A stretch of DNA of 64,000 bases from Octopus vulgaris (taxonomy: Eukaryota): contig OX597820.1 of assembly GCA_951406725.2 (NCBI GenBank), positions 21,700,001 through 21,764,000 of the forward strand, in the 5' to 3' direction. Made by a program: the position numbers and the translations under genes. Below the pieces are notes generated by a model. That model saw nothing but the letters and a program-made list of their open reading frames with translations. It searched no databases and was not told the DNA's origin. Within the stretch, counting starts at the first letter, position 1; the number at the start of each line of letters is the position of its first letter. This document shows positions 13,353 to 27,821 of the stretch, piece by piece.

Positions 13353-14993
13353 TAGCAGTATCGCCCGGCGTTGCTCGGGTTTGTTTCGACCCGCTGGAAT
13401 TGTAATTTTGAAAAGTAAAAATTTTGTGAACATTTTTCTGGTCGAAATACACCGAAAAGTGGCGACACAGCAGTGAAAAAATCGTAAAAAATAGGGATTT
13501 TCATAGAAAAAAGCATCTTTTTGATGTAAATAATTTTTGGTGTTAACATGGTCCGATTTGAATTTTATGTTCTACGGAAGGAAGAGCAACCCTTCTACCA
13601 TTCTCTCAATTTTGGTCAAGTTGCGCCGCAGGGTCTCGGAGGAGATAGTGTTAGTTGAAGGTTACCATTCTAGGTGCCTGAGTAACAACCTCGCGGATTT
13701 ACAGATAAATGAATTAATTACTATTTTACAGAATAAAATTAAATAATTCTTGAAAATTAATTAATATTGATATTTTTTGAACAAAGTAAATAATTTTTAA
13801 AACTTAAATAATAATTTTTTTTACACAAACGCGAACGGGGAAAAGGGGGTGGCGAATTCGATTTACATACCTAAATTTTTTCTTTTTCATGACATTGTAG
13901 CAAAATAGTAGTGAATTATATAAGTACCAGCAGTACATTTTTTTTCTGGGGTATTTTTTTTCAACCTCGTCACATATTTGCCCCTTTCAATTTAAACAAA
14001 GTCTTAATTAAGCAATTACGGCAGCTTAGCAATGGTTTCAATACAGGCGTGACATGTGTATCTCAATTGTTCAAAACCCTTCGAATTTTTTCGCACGTGA
14101 TGATATCATAGTGAAAACTTTCAATTACGCGCGCTTAGAAGTACGCTCGCAAATTAATACTACCAAAATTTTGAAGTTCGCGCTCCGCTTGTGTGTGTGT
14201 GTGCGTGCTTTAGGTGTACGTAGGTATGTGTTTTTGTGTGTGTGTGTGTCACTGAAGCCATACATACATATATACATACATAACCTCTCTCTCTCTTTTC
14301 TCTCTCAGTCACTCACTACAAAAAGTGAATAAAAAAAGTTCAGTTATTTCTGTCTTTCACTCTGTCTGTCTCTTTACACACACTAACAAAAGCACTTCAC
14401 TTACACACCACACTTTCTGTGTCGCACAACCCATCAAACACACACACACACACACACACTCACGCACGCACACATGTACATCAATGCCTTCGGAGTGAAA
14501 TGTTAAAATATTGAGTTTTCTCGAATTTTGTCTTAATTGGGGGTGAAATTGAAAGAAATATATTATGGCATGACCGAATGGAGTACTTTGAAAAATCTAA
14601 TTGAAGAAATTGTGTGAGGAGTAAATCGTTATGTATTTATTTGTTTCTATTTGCTGTGTTTTTTTATTTTTTGAGTAGTGGTTTAAATACTTTCAGTTTA
14701 GTCTTCCTCAAATCACTCTGTCGCTATTTACTTTCATTTTATTCGTTGCACACTGTGTGTGTGCGTGTGCGTGTGGTGTAAACCACATTAAGAAAAGCAT
14801 TTGACATACACACCAGAATGTGAGTTTTCTGTAAATTTTGCTTAATTGGAGTTTAAATTTTAAAAACTGGACCTGGCATGACCCGATGCATTCTACTCTT
14901 AAAAATGCTAGGTAAATTGTAATTGAAGAAATCCTATATTGTAGATTTCTATAAGTTACAAAGGGAGGCAGATAAAATCTGCCTTTTATAATA

Positions 14994-14996
<3 letters not shown>
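13352..14996 (-). mobile_element. Non-autonomous Helitron, ~1.65 kb, composite
   Basis: On minus it starts A|TCttattataaaaggcag and ends with the cccgagcaacgccggg hairpin then ...ctgCTAG|T. The 3' ~310 bp is shared with the ~390-bp Helitrons at 53.7 and 56.3 kb. Confidence 0.8.
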
Positions 14997-15038
<42 letters not shown>

Positions 15039-15206
15039 TAGATATAATAGATATATAGACACACACACACACACATACATATATACACACATACATGCTT
15101 GCGTACGTACATATATGCAATTGTATATATTTGCATATTCATTGTATATTTATATGCATATTTATACGCTTTTGTGTACATATGTGTATATTTGTGTGTG
15201 TATATA

Positions 15207-15237
<31 letters not shown>

Positions 15238-15266
15238 ACATATGTATATAATGAGTGGGGGGGAGT

Positions 15267-15670
15267 GAGGGCGCGTGGTTTAGTGGTTAGGGTGTTTGGC
15301 TCACATTACTAAAGTCGAGAGTTCAATTCCCGGCGACACTTTATTTTACGTTGCACCAGTCCACTCAGCTGGCAAACATAAGTAGTACATGCATTTCAAA
15401 GGCCCAGCCTTGTCACATCTTCCGTCATGCTGAATCTCCCTCAAAACTATGTTAAAGGTACACGTGTTTGTGGAGTGCTCAACCACATGCACGTTAATTT
15501 CACACACACTCACACACACACATATATGACGAGCTTCTTTCAATTTCCGTTTACTAAATCCACTTACAAAGTTTTGGTCGGCCTAAGGTTATAGTAAAAG
15601 ACACTTGCCCAGGGTGCTACGTAGTAGGACTGAACCTGGAACCCTTTGGTTGGGAAGGAAGCTTCTTACC
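15267..15670. mobile_element. Diverged SINE cluster (B-type head with different body on +, A-type head on -)
   Basis: gagggcgcgtggtttagtggttaggg head at 15267; acgagcttctttcaatttccg...cttacca at ~15527-15670. Confidence 0.65.
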
Positions 15671-15854
15671 ATGTAGTAGAAGACTGGAAAAAAGCACTAC
15701 ATTGTCCAATATATACTTTATGGAGTAGGATGTGATTCAGAGGATGATGTACTTTCTATATCTTATAAGGTTGAGCGACTGCGTAGCAGCACCATCGATA
15801 TTTGTTTCTTGTAGCAGCGAAATGGAAAAAGAGTTGCAAGTTTATATATAAAAT

Positions 15855-16089
15855 AAATAAATGCGCCCTTTTTAAATCCTAGCCAGGTTTCAATGGCGTA
15901 TGTGTTCGCCAGCTGGACGGGACGCCTGTCCATCGCAGCGTTACTCATTTTTGCTAGCTGAGTGGACTGGAGCAACGTGAAATGAAATGTTTTACTCAAG
16001 AACACAACACGTCGCCCGGTCCTGGAATCGAAACCACAATCTTACGATCATGATGCTGGCACCCTAACCACTAAGTCACGCGCCTCCAC
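15855..16089 (-). mobile_element. SINE group B
   Basis: Reverse complement of the 1877-2133 family. Confidence 0.9.
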
Positions 16090-16584
16090 AAGTTTATGTA
16101 TATGGCGAATATTTAATTAAACTTTAAGTCAGTAATTTAATTACGTCTTAATTGCTTGTATTGAAATATATACAAAATTTGAGAAAGTTATCTGCTATTC
16201 TGTTCAGATAATGTTGATGGGTAGAGATTAATCTTACAGTCACCTCATTTAATAGAATTTGGAACAAAATACCCTCTACATCGGAGGTATTCAGTCATCA
16301 AAACATAGAGCGAGAGAAAAATGTTATTATAATATACGTATATATACAAGGTGGCAAGTTGGCAGGATCGTTACCATGCAGGGTGAAATGCTTAACAGCA
16401 TTTCGTCTGTCTTTACGTTCTGAGTTCAAATTCGACTTTTCCTTTTTATCCTTTCAGGGTTGATAGAATAAGTACCAGTTATGGCCCTATGCAAAAACTG
16501 AAATCGACATATGTATATGTGTATATATCAAACAGCACACACACACACACATATATGTTGTACATGTATATAAGGTACACACAT

Positions 16585-17017
16585 TCTTTTGCATTTTTCA
16601 GTTATTTCACTGTGGCCATCCTGAAGCACAGCCTTTAGTCGAGCGAATCGACCCGAGGACTTATTCTTTGTAAGCCTAGTACTTATTCTATTGATCCCTT
16701 TTGCCGAACCGCTAGGTTGCGGTTACATAAACACACCAGCATCGGTTGTCAGGCTATGTTAGGGGGACAGACACATACACACAAGCATGCATACACACAC
16801 ACACACACACAAACACACACACCCCACACACATACACATATATATATATATATACGACGGGCTTCTTTCAGTTTCCATCTACCAAATCCACTCACAAGGC
16901 TTTGGTCGGCCCGAGGCTATAGTAGAAGATACTTGCCCAAGGTGCCACGCAGTGGGACTGAACCCGGAACCACACGGTTGGAAAGCAAGCTACTTACCAC
17001 ATAGCCACTCCTGCACC
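16585..17017 (-). mobile_element. SINE group A
   Basis: Full body with internal (CA)n. Confidence 0.85.
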
Positions 17018-17207
17018 TATGTATATGTACATAATATACACATACGGTGGTGCTCCAGAATGATCGCAGCCGTATAGCTGAAATGAATCAAAGGAATATG
17101 TGTGTGCGTGCACACACATACTTAAATATATAGTTAGACACACACACAAACCACACACACACTGTGCATCTGTTTGTGTGAGCGTATGATTATTATTATT
17201 ATCATCA

Positions 17208-17242
<35 letters not shown>

Positions 17243-17620
17243 TTCTAAATGTTAAAATGAAATTGCTAGCAACATGTGAGGAAGAGTCAGCACCTTCTAT
17301 AGAAATGCAGTCATCAAGTTGTTTACGATCTGTTTTACGTAGAGTCACCCCCCAGCAGAAATATTAATAATGGCAGCTTGCAGCAGATTTTCTGTGGCTA
17401 ACCAACTTCCTGTCTATATAATGAATTTCAGGTGCCACTAACAACAACCTACACACAACAGAACTTTAGGGCCTCTGCTGATTTCTCTCTTTCTTCTCTT
17501 CTCTTTTTCTGATGTCTTTCGCTCTTTTTCTTTTATTATTGTCATGGCTTTTTTTCTATTCAATCTTGTATACATGAATACAGAAACACATACACAAATA
17601 TACGTATATATACACACACG

Positions 17621-17669
<49 letters not shown>

Positions 17670-17671
<2 letters not shown>

Positions 17672-17876
17672 TTTTACTCTTTTACTTGTTTCAGTCATTT
17701 GGTTGTGGCCATGCTGGAGCACCGCCTTAAGTCGAGCAAATACTTATTCTTTGTAAGCCTAGTAGTTATTCTATCAGTCTCTTTTGCCGAACCGCTACGT
17801 TTCCTGTGACGTAAACACTCCGGCATCGGTTGTCAAGCGACGTTGGGGGGACGAACACAGACACACAAACGACCAC

Positions 17877-17909
<33 letters not shown>

Positions 17910-18080
17910 CATATATACGACAGGCTTCTTTCAGTTTCCGACTACCAAATCCACTCGCAAGGCATTGGTCAGCCCGAGGTGATAGTAGAAGACACTTGCC
18001 CAAGGAGCCACGCAGTGGGCTGAACCCGGAACCATGTTGGTTGGTAAGCAAACTACTTTCCACACAGCCACTCCTACGCC
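17670..18080 (-). mobile_element. SINE group A (duplicate at ~24418-24824)
   Basis: Family match with a small internal deletion. Confidence 0.88.
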
Positions 18081-18094
18081 TATATATATATATA

Positions 18095-19130
18095 ATATTA
18101 ATTAGAGATAAAACTACTATTATGCAACTCATACAGTGATAGACAAAACCAATACATAAATAACAAATAATATATATTTTTATAAAATATATAACTTATA
18201 AATAGATCTCAAAAAGTATAAAATGAATGATAAATATATAATATAATAAGTAAAAACACTACGTACGTTTCATTGCTACAATTAAATTCGAATTACAATT
18301 AAATTTAAATTCAATTGAAATAAATTCGATTTAAAATATAGTCAATCTTCAGGTTAAGGATAATAGTTAAATAAATAAGCAGAGTTAAAACAATATTTAC
18401 CTAAGAAATAAATAAAATAATAATTTTTCTTATATAAAAAAAACTCCATTAACTAAATTAGAAACTTAAAACATTAGGATTGTTTCCTACAACACATTTA
18501 TTATGTTAAATATTTAATTTTTAACGTAAAAATAGATAGAAATATATATTTATCTTTGAAGATATAATTTGGCTTTAAAAAAAACATAATAAACTCTCGA
18601 ATATCTTTAACTCAGTTATACTCCAATATTTAATTACCAAATTGTTTAACAAAATAATCACTATTAATATTTTTAGATTTAAGTTCACATCTAATAATTA
18701 TAAAATAATAAATACATAAAAATAAGTATCTAAATTATAATCAACAAATATAGTAATTAAAAATCTAAAATTTTTTCTATCAATAAATGTATAGACATAT
18801 AACCAAAAATAAATAAATTAGTCCATTATTACTTACATAATATCTATAGAATATATATGAAATACAATTTAAAAATTAAAAATTAAAAATCAAGTTAAAA
18901 ACGTATAACCTATCTTAAAAAAACGTATGACTATTTTACCATCTATATACCACAGTGACTAACTAATATCTTACACTTTACGTACAGTTATAATAATTAT
19001 ATACTAATAATTAAATAAATATATATATCTAAATTATAATCAACAACTAAAATAATTATAGATTCAAATTTAACAATCAGTAGTTATATAGAATACAATA
19101 AAATTTCTTAAAATTATATCGTAAATTTTT
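18095..19130 (-). mobile_element. Very AT-rich PLE-like non-coding fragment with hammerhead motif (duplicate at ~24840-25875)
   Basis: Minus ~18255-18356 reads ac-CTGAAGA-ttgactata...tgtagcaat-GAAA-cgtac-GTA-gt. A related partial copy is at ~51130-51345. Confidence 0.55.
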
Positions 19131-19279
19131 CAGCGGCATGATCAATTTTTTCCCCTGGCTATAGGATTCGTAAGGACGGTTACAGAGTTTCTATGGTGCA
19201 TAAGTGACCGTGTTCGAAGCATTCTCCGCCTCACAATGGGACGCCAGTTTGTGGAAGAGCTCAAGGCTAGCGATATTTA

Positions 19280-19960
19280 ACGGAGTGAGAAAGTCGATTT
19301 CTTCAATCCCTACTACTTGAATTTATTTCATCGACCACCACTGCTCGACTAAAGCATGAAAGGCAAAGTTCACCACTGCGGGATTTGAACTCAGAACGTA
19401 AAGAGGTGGAGAAAATGTCACCAAGCATAACGATTCTTATTTCTTTATTGCCCACTGGTACTTATTTAATCGACCCCGAAAGGATGAAAGGTAAAGTCGA
19501 TCTCGGCGGAATTTGAACTCAGAACGTAACGGCAGACGAAATACCTATTTCTTTACTACCCACAAGGGGCTAAACACAGAGACGACAAACAAGGACAGAC
19601 AAACGGATTAAGTCGATTATATCAACCCCAATATGTAACTGGTACTTATTTAATCGACCCCGAAAGGATGAAGGGCAAAGTCGACATCGGCGGAATTTGA
19701 ACTCAGAACGTAACGGCAGACGAAATACATATTTCTTTACTACCCACAAGGGGCTAAACACAGAGACGACAAACAAGGACAGACAAACGGATTAAGTAGA
19801 TTATGTCGACCCCAGTGCGTAACTGGTGCTTAATTTATCGACCCCAAAAGGATGAAAGGCAAAGTCAACCTCGACGGAATTTGAACTCATAACGTAACGA
19901 CAGACGAAATACCGCTAAGCATTTCGCCCGACGTGCTAACTATTCTGCCAGCTCGCCGCC
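19280..19960 (-). mobile_element. SINE group C tandem concatemer (duplicate at ~26030-26706)
   Basis: Head revcomp ggcggcgagctggcagaa; core gcctttcatcctttcggggtcgat.aa.taagtaccag repeated with a ~183-bp period. Confidence 0.85.
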
Positions 19961-21040
19961 TACATAATTAATTGAAAAATATTTTACGCACAAGCAGCGT
20001 GTATCAGAAAATCTAAGATAAATTTAATGTAGTTAACCTACAATTTATTACGCCTACACTCTTGAAAGTAAACAAATGCAGATTCATAATTTACACATCT
20101 GTAAAATATCTAATTCGGCAATTCATTGGGATTCAGTTTTACGCATGTTCCTGCATGCTATGTACCTCCTAAATATAACCATTTCAAGAAGACAAGATCC
20201 AGATATTCTTCTGTTTGAGATAAAAACTGAAAAGGAAGTTGGATATCATTTCTTCACAATTCTTCAACATAGTCTAAATATATTTTGTGTATAAGATAGC
20301 GTATTCAACAGATGAAATATTGTAGTTTAATTCAACCTCATCGTCATCATAGTGAATCTACCAAAAGAATTCAGAGCAAGAACTGATGTTATTTTAATCT
20401 ATCATTAAGATAACTGTATTAAGTATCTGTGTTTTAAATTTTAAGACATGTTTTTGTTGCTGAACTATAGAGAGCCGGCACCTCTTTTCGGAACAGAACC
20501 AAATTACCTCACATCTATGTATATCTTTACAAAATATAAGGTATCAAACGGACAGCTCATACATATGCCTTAGTGTTTATAAAGCTGCCAATTCAAGGAA
20601 TATCCATCGTTAAATTACACTCTAGAATGCCAAACAATTAATAACCAAGGTCTGCGAGTGCACTTTCGAAAATTTTGAGTTCTTAATTGTACATCCCAAT
20701 CTATTTACTTCATTTCTCTTGGTCGTTCTTTAATGAACAAGAACTGGTTTCTCACTCTCGTTTTCTTACAATTCTCTTCCTTCTTTCTTCCTTTTCTTTT
20801 TCTTTATTTTGCTCTTTCTTTCCTTCTCTCGTTTTTTTTTTTTGCCTCTTATTTTCTTAGCCTTCTTCCCACTTAAGTAATCTTTGATCGGTTAAAACGA
20901 ATAAGAGGCAGACACAGACAGATGCACCCATTTATGCACCTACATACACATACACGCAAATTCACGAATGCATAGACACATACAACACGCACACGTACAT
21001 ATTTACGTGTGTCTATATGTGTATAAATACATACATATAT

Positions 21041-21073
<33 letters not shown>

Positions 21074-21074
<1 letters not shown>

Positions 21075-21495
21075 GGCGTAGGAGTGGCTGTGTGGTAAGT
21101 AGCTTGCTTACGAACCATATGGTACTGGGTTCAGTCCCACTACGTGGCACCTTGGGCAAGTGTCTTCTACCATTGTCTCGGGCCGACCAAAGCCTTGTGA
21201 GTGGATTTGGTAGACGGAAACTAAAAGAATCCCGTCGTATATATGTAAATGTTTATATGCATGTATGTGTGTGTGTGTATGTTTGTGTGTGTGCGTATGT
21301 TTGTGTGTCTGTCTCCCCCAACGTCGCTTGACAACCAATGCTGGTGTTTTAATGATCCCCATAACTTAGCGCTTCGGCAAAAGAGACCGATAGAATAAGT
21401 ACTAAACTTACAAAGAATAAGTCCTGGGGTCGAGTTGCTCGACTAAAGGCGGTGCTCCAGCATGGCCACAGTCAAATGACTGAAATAAGTAAACA
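21074..21495 (+). mobile_element. SINE group A (duplicate at ~27821-28240)
   Basis: Full family match. Confidence 0.9.
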
Positions 21496-21609
21496 AAAAA
21501 GAGAGAGAGATGTATATATATATATATATATTATATACTATAGATAGATAAATAGATAGATAGATAGACAGACGAATATATATATATATGAGTGTATAGA
21601 TACATATAC

Positions 21610-21644
<35 letters not shown>

Positions 21645-22376
21645 TGTGTGTGTGTATGTATGTATGTCAGGTGTACATGTCTTCAAATACAAAAAATACA
21701 TAGGCGTTACAAGTAGAAATTATACAAGCATAAAGAGTTTGTTTGGTTTTGAATGTAACGTAATCGTACATATTTACACTTACATATGCTTCCTGCCACC
21801 AGATATTTTAATAACATTCACTCAGAGTGTTTCTTGTTTTCCTTAACGTCGATAATGGTTGAGAAAACACGGATGAGTTTTTGCCTTCGTCATATGAAAT
21901 TTAAGTCATATATTCACTTTATATAGACGAACTAACTGTTGAGCTTGGGTTCCAGTTTCTAGCGTTGTGGGTTAATTCTATTAATAAGTAACGTCAGAAA
22001 TATTGAAGTACATGCTTCTTTCAAAAACTTTAGATTCGCAGCCAAATAGAAAATTGATTGAACTAATAAGTGTTGTTGTCGTTGTTGTTCTTGTTATTAT
22101 TTATCCTCCCTGGTCAATCCAGGTTGCAGAGACATTATAGTCAGAGGCAGTTCCACGCGTGGTTTTGAGGTCAGTTACACAGCGCGGCACCTTGAGTAAG
22201 AGGGTTTGGACCGACCAATAACTTGTAAGAAAATTTGGAAGACGGAAACTGTGAAAAAAAACTGTCATATTTATATATGCGTGTGTTTGTCTCTCTGTGA
22301 TTGCCTCCCGCCACCACTTGACAGCCGGAGTTCGTTTATTTACGTCCCCGTAACATTAGCAGTTCGGCAATACAGA

Positions 22377-22399
<23 letters not shown>

Positions 22400-22411
<12 letters not shown>

Positions 22412-22705
22412 TTGAAAAAACACATTTATCAATTCGAAATGAACAATTAAATTACACCATCTAGAAAATTACATAACTATGATATACCGATGATTAAGTA
22501 AATTGCAAAATAATAATAAAATCGTATATATTTGGTATACATACCAAATATATACGTTTATATTATTAGTTTGCAATTTACTTAATCATCGGTATATTAT
22601 TGTTATTTTAATTTTAATATTTCTATTATATGTAATTTTCTAGATGGTGTAAATTGTTCATTTTGAATTGATAAAAGGTGCTTTTTCTAATTTTTATATA
22701 TATAT
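22400..22705. repeat. AT-rich imperfect palindrome between (TA)n tracts (duplicate at ~29340-29640)
   Basis: cgtatatatttggtat|ac|ataccaaatatatacg axis with complementary flanks (acaccatctagaaaattacata / tatgtaattttctagatggtgt). Confidence 0.75.
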
Positions 22706-22808
22706 AATATTTTGTAAAATTTGATTTAGTATTTCTAAATTGAATTTTCCCCTGTAAGTTAGGAATAATATTCCCTCACATAATAATAATAATAATAATA
22801 ATATTATA

Positions 22809-22872
<64 letters not shown>

Positions 22873-23489
22873 TACATGTACACGACGGGCTTCTTTCAGT
22901 TTGCGTCTACCAAATCCACTCCCAAGACTTTGGTCAGCCTGAGGTTATGATAGAGAACACCTGCCGAAAGTTCCACGCAGTAGGACTGAACCCGGAACCA
23001 TGAGGTTGGGCAGCAAGCTTCTTAACACACAGTCACGTCTATATTTATATTTATACGTACCAGAGAAATTCAACTTTTCTGTTCAATTAACCACACGTCA
23101 TCTCTCTAAGAAAACTACACCGTTCCTGTTCAATGAAATTCATAAATGTGAAACATGAACAGTCTACAAAGTAGAATATTAGCTTGCAGTGAGGAAAGTG
23201 AAAGGTCTGACATTTCAAGCTGCTATTTAGTAACGTAAGCAACTTTCTCAGTAATTTTTCTGTATTTAGTAATCAGCTTCTTCAAATTCTAATTATTTTT
23301 CTGAAATAAATCATTCATAACAGTTGTGATAGCAATATAACAATCCTGGGTGTTATTTTATTAACTAATTTTATTCAAATTTCACTTCATTATATTAAAA
23401 TATTAATCGTTTGATTACGTTTATTATGCAGCCTCATTATATATCTTCGGAGAGATTCTATCACGTTGTAGTAAAGTAATTATAGCATT

Positions 23490-23841
23490 TATATAGAAGG
23501 CAAGAAGCTTCAAATTTGGCTGAGAAAAATCTCTCACCCACCTTATTCCCTGGACCTCGCTTCTTCTGATTACCATTTGTTTCGAAGCTTACAGAGTCAG
23601 TTACATGGATTAATACTGAAAAGCCCCAAAAGCGGTTGAAACTGACCTGTCTCCCTTCTTCTCATCAAAACCAAGAGAGATTTTTTAACCAATGAAATTT
23701 TAAAAATTGACGAGCAGATGGAAGGAAGTTGTCGATAGTGTTGGGACTAATATACAGGTTTAAATTTTTATAAAGTGTAAACTTTGATCGCTTTTTTTTC
23801 CTCATCCAAAATTCGGACATTACTTATGGGATGACCTGATA
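23490..23841 (+). mobile_element. mariner transposase C-terminal remnant with right TIR (duplicate at ~30450-30780)
   Basis: Reads HPPYSLDLASSDYHLFRSLQ, matching the mariner YSPDLAPSDYHLF motif. Ends ...ttatgggatgacctga|ta. Confidence 0.8.
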
Positions 23842-24027
23842 TATAAAGAAAGACAGATAGAGAGAGATTATTAAAGTGAACTTTTTCTTTCCAAAATTTC
23901 CACTCCATAGGCGTAGGAGTGGCTGTGTGGTAAGTAGCTTGCTTATCAACCACATGGTTCCGGGTTCAGTCCCACTGCTTGGCACCATGGGCAAGTGTCT
24001 CCTACTATAGCCTCTGGCTTGTGAGTG

Positions 24028-24127
24028 NNNNNNNNNNNNNNNNNNNNNNNNNNNNNNNNNNNNNNNNNNNNNNNNNNNNNNNNNNNNNNNNNNNNNNNNN
24101 NNNNNNNNNNNNNNNNNNNNNNNNNNN
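24028..24127. other. Assembly gap (100 N)
   Basis: Run of N. Confidence 0.99.
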
Positions 24128-24382
24128 AATAATGGCAGCTTGCAGCAGATTTTCTGTGGCTAACCAACTTCCTGTCTATATAATGAATTTCAGGTGCCAC
24201 TAACAACAACCTACACACAACAGAACTTTAGGGCCTCTGCTGATTTCTCTCTTTCTTCTCTTCTCTTTTTCTGATGTCTTTCGCTCTTTTTCTTTTATTA
24301 TTGTCATGGCTTTTTTTCTATTCAATCTTGTATACATGAATACAGAAACACATACACAAATATACGTATATATACACACACG

Positions 24383-24418
<36 letters not shown>

Positions 24419-27400
24419 TTTTACTCTTTTACTTGTTTCAGTCATTTGGTTGTGGTCATGCTGGAGCACCGCCTTAAGTCGAGCAAATACTTATTCTTTG
24501 TAAGCCTAGTAGTTATTCTATCAGTCTCTTTTGCCGAACCGCTACGTTTCCTGTGAGGTAAACACTCCGGCATCGGTTGTCAAGCGACGTTGGGGGGACG
24601 AACACAGACACACAAACGACCACACACACACACACATACATATATATATATACATATATACGACAGGCTTCTTTCAGTTTCCGTCTACCAAATCCACTCG
24701 CAAGGCATTGGTCAGCCCGAGGTGATAGTAGAAGACACTTGCCCAAGGAGCCACGCAGTGGGGCTGAACCCGGAACCATGTTGGTTGGTAAGCAAACTAC
24801 TTTCCACACAGCCACTCCTACGCCTATATATATATATAATATTAATTAGAGATAAAACTACTATTATGCAACTCATACAGTGATAGACAAAACCAATACA
24901 TAAATAACAAATAATATATATTTTTATAAAATATATAACTTATAAATAGATCTCAAAAAGTATAAAATGAATGATAAATATATAATATAATAAGTAAAAA
25001 CACTACGTACGTTTCATTGCTACAATTAAATTCGAATTACAATTAAATTTAAATTCAATTGAAATAAATTCGATTTAAAATATAGTCAATCTTCAGGTTA
25101 AGGATAATAGTTAAATAAATAAGCAGAGTTAAAACAATATTTACCTAAGAAATAAATAAAATAATAATTTTTCTTATATAAAAAAAACTCCATTAACTAA
25201 ATTAGAAACTTAAAACATTAGGATTGTTTCCTACAACACATTTATTATGTTAAATATTTAATTTTTAACGTAAAAATAGATAGAAATATATATTTATCTT
25301 TGAAGATATAATTTGGCTTTAAAAAAAACATAATAAACTCTCGAATATCTTTAACTCAGTTATACTCCAATATTTAATTACCAAATTATTTAACAAAATA
25401 ATCACTATTAATATTTTTAGATTTAAGTTCACATCTAATAATTATAAAATAATAAATACATAAAAATAAGTATCTAAATTATAATCAACAAATATAGTAA
25501 TTAAAAATCTAAAATTTTTTCTATCAATAAATGTATAGACATATAACCAAAAATAAATAAATTAGTCCATTATTACTTACATAATATCTATAGAATATAT
25601 ATGGAAATACAATTTAAAAATTAAAAATTAAAAATCAAGTTAAAAACGTATAACCTATCTTAAAAAAACGTATGACTATTTTACCATCTATATACCACAG
25701 TGACTAACTAATATCTTACACTTTACGTACAGTTATAATAATTATATACTAATAATTAAATAAATATATATATCTAAATTATAATCAACAACTAAAATAA
25801 TTATAGATTCAAATTTAACAATCAGTAGTTATATAGAATACAATAAAATTTCTTAAAATTATATCGTAAATTTTTCAGCGGCATGATCAATTTTTTTCCC
25901 TGGCTATAGGATTCGTAAGGACGGTTACAGAGTTTCTATGGTGCATAAGTGACCGTGTTCGAAGCATTCTCCGCCTCACAATGGGACGCCAGTTTGTGGA
26001 AGAGCTCAAGGCTAGCGATATTTAAGGGAGTGAGAAAGTCGATTTCTTCAATCCCTACTACTTGAATTTATTTCATCGACCACCACTGCTCGACTAAAGC
26101 ATGAAAGGCAAAGTTCACCTCTGCGGGATTTGAACTCAGAACGTAAAGAGGTGGAGAAAATGTCACCAAGCATAACGATTCTTATTTCTTTATTGCCCAC
26201 TGGTACTTATTTAATCGACCCCGAAAGGATGAAAGGTAAAGTCGATCTCGGCGGAATTTGAACTCAGAACGTAACGGCAGACGAAATACCTATTTCTTTA
26301 CTACCCACAAGGGGCTAAACACAGAGACGACAAACAAGGACAGACAAACGGATTAAGTCGATTATATCAGCCCTAATGTGTAACTGGTACTTATTTAATC
26401 GACCCCGAAAGGATGAAGGGCAAAGTCGACATCGGCGGAATTTGAACTCAGAACGTAACGGCAGACGAAATACATATTTCTTTACTACCCACAAGGGGCT
26501 AAACACAGAGACGACAAACAAGGACAGACAAACGGATTAAGTAGATTATGTCGACCCCAGTGCGTAACTGGTGCTTAATTTATCGACCCCAAAAGGATGA
26601 AAGGCAAAGTCAACCTCGACGGAATTTGAACTCATAACGTAACGACAGACGAAATACCGCTAAGCATTTCGCCCGACGTGCTAACTATTCTGCCAGCTCG
26701 CCGCCTTCATAATTAATTGAAAAATATTTTACGCACAAGCAGCGTGTATCAGAAAATCTAAGATAAATTTAATGTAGTTAACCTACAATTTATTACGCCT
26801 ACACTCTTGAAAGTAAACAAATGCAGATTCATATTTTTACACATCTGTAAAATATCTAATTCGGCAATTCATTGGGATTCAGTTTTACGCATGTTCCTGC
26901 ATGCTATGTACCTCCTAAATATAACCATTTCAAGAAGACAAGATCCAGATATTCTTCTGTTTGAGATAAAAACTGAAAAGGAAGTTGGATATCATTTCTT
27001 CACAATTCTTCAATATAGTCTAAATATATTTTGTATATAAGATAGCGTATTCAACAGATGAAATATTGTAGTTTAATTCAACCTCATCGTCATCATAGTG
27101 AATCTACCAAAATAATTCAGAGCAAGAACTGATGTTATTTTAATCTATCATTAAGATAACTGTATTAAGTATCTGTGTTTTAAATTTTAAGACATGTTTT
27201 TGTTGCTGAACTATAGAGAGCCGGCACCTCTTTTCGGAACAGAACCAAATTACCTCACATCTATGTATATCTTTACAAAATATAAGGTATCAAACGGACA
27301 GCTCATACATATGCCTTAGTGTTTATAAAGCTGCCAATTCAAGGAATATCCATCGTTAAATTACACTCTAGAATGCCAAACAATTAATAACCAAGGTCTG

Positions 27401-27785
27401 CGAGTGCACTTTCGAAAATTTTGAGTTCTTAATTGTACATCCCAATCTATTTACTTCATTTCTCTTGGTCGTTCTTTAATGAACAAGAACTGGTTTCTCA
27501 CTCTCGTTTTCTTACAATTCTCTTCCTTCTTTCTTCCTTTTCTTTTTCTTTATTTTGCTCTTTCTTTCCTTCTCTCGTTTTTTTTTTTGCCTCTTATTTT
27601 CTTAGCCTTCTTCCCACTTAAGTAATCTTTGATCGGTTAAAACGAATAAGAGGCAGACACAGACAGATGCACCCATTTATGCACCTACATACACATACAC
27701 GCAAATTCACGAATGCATAGACACATACAACACGCACACGTACATATTTACGTGTGTCTATATGTGTATAAATACATACATATAT

Positions 27786-27821
<36 letters not shown>

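Noticed and set aside
17364-17448. Possible minus-strand terminal exon (LLLVAPEIHYIDRKLVSHRKSAASCHY*)
   Set aside because: Short, weak acceptor, no recognisable homology and no partner exons.
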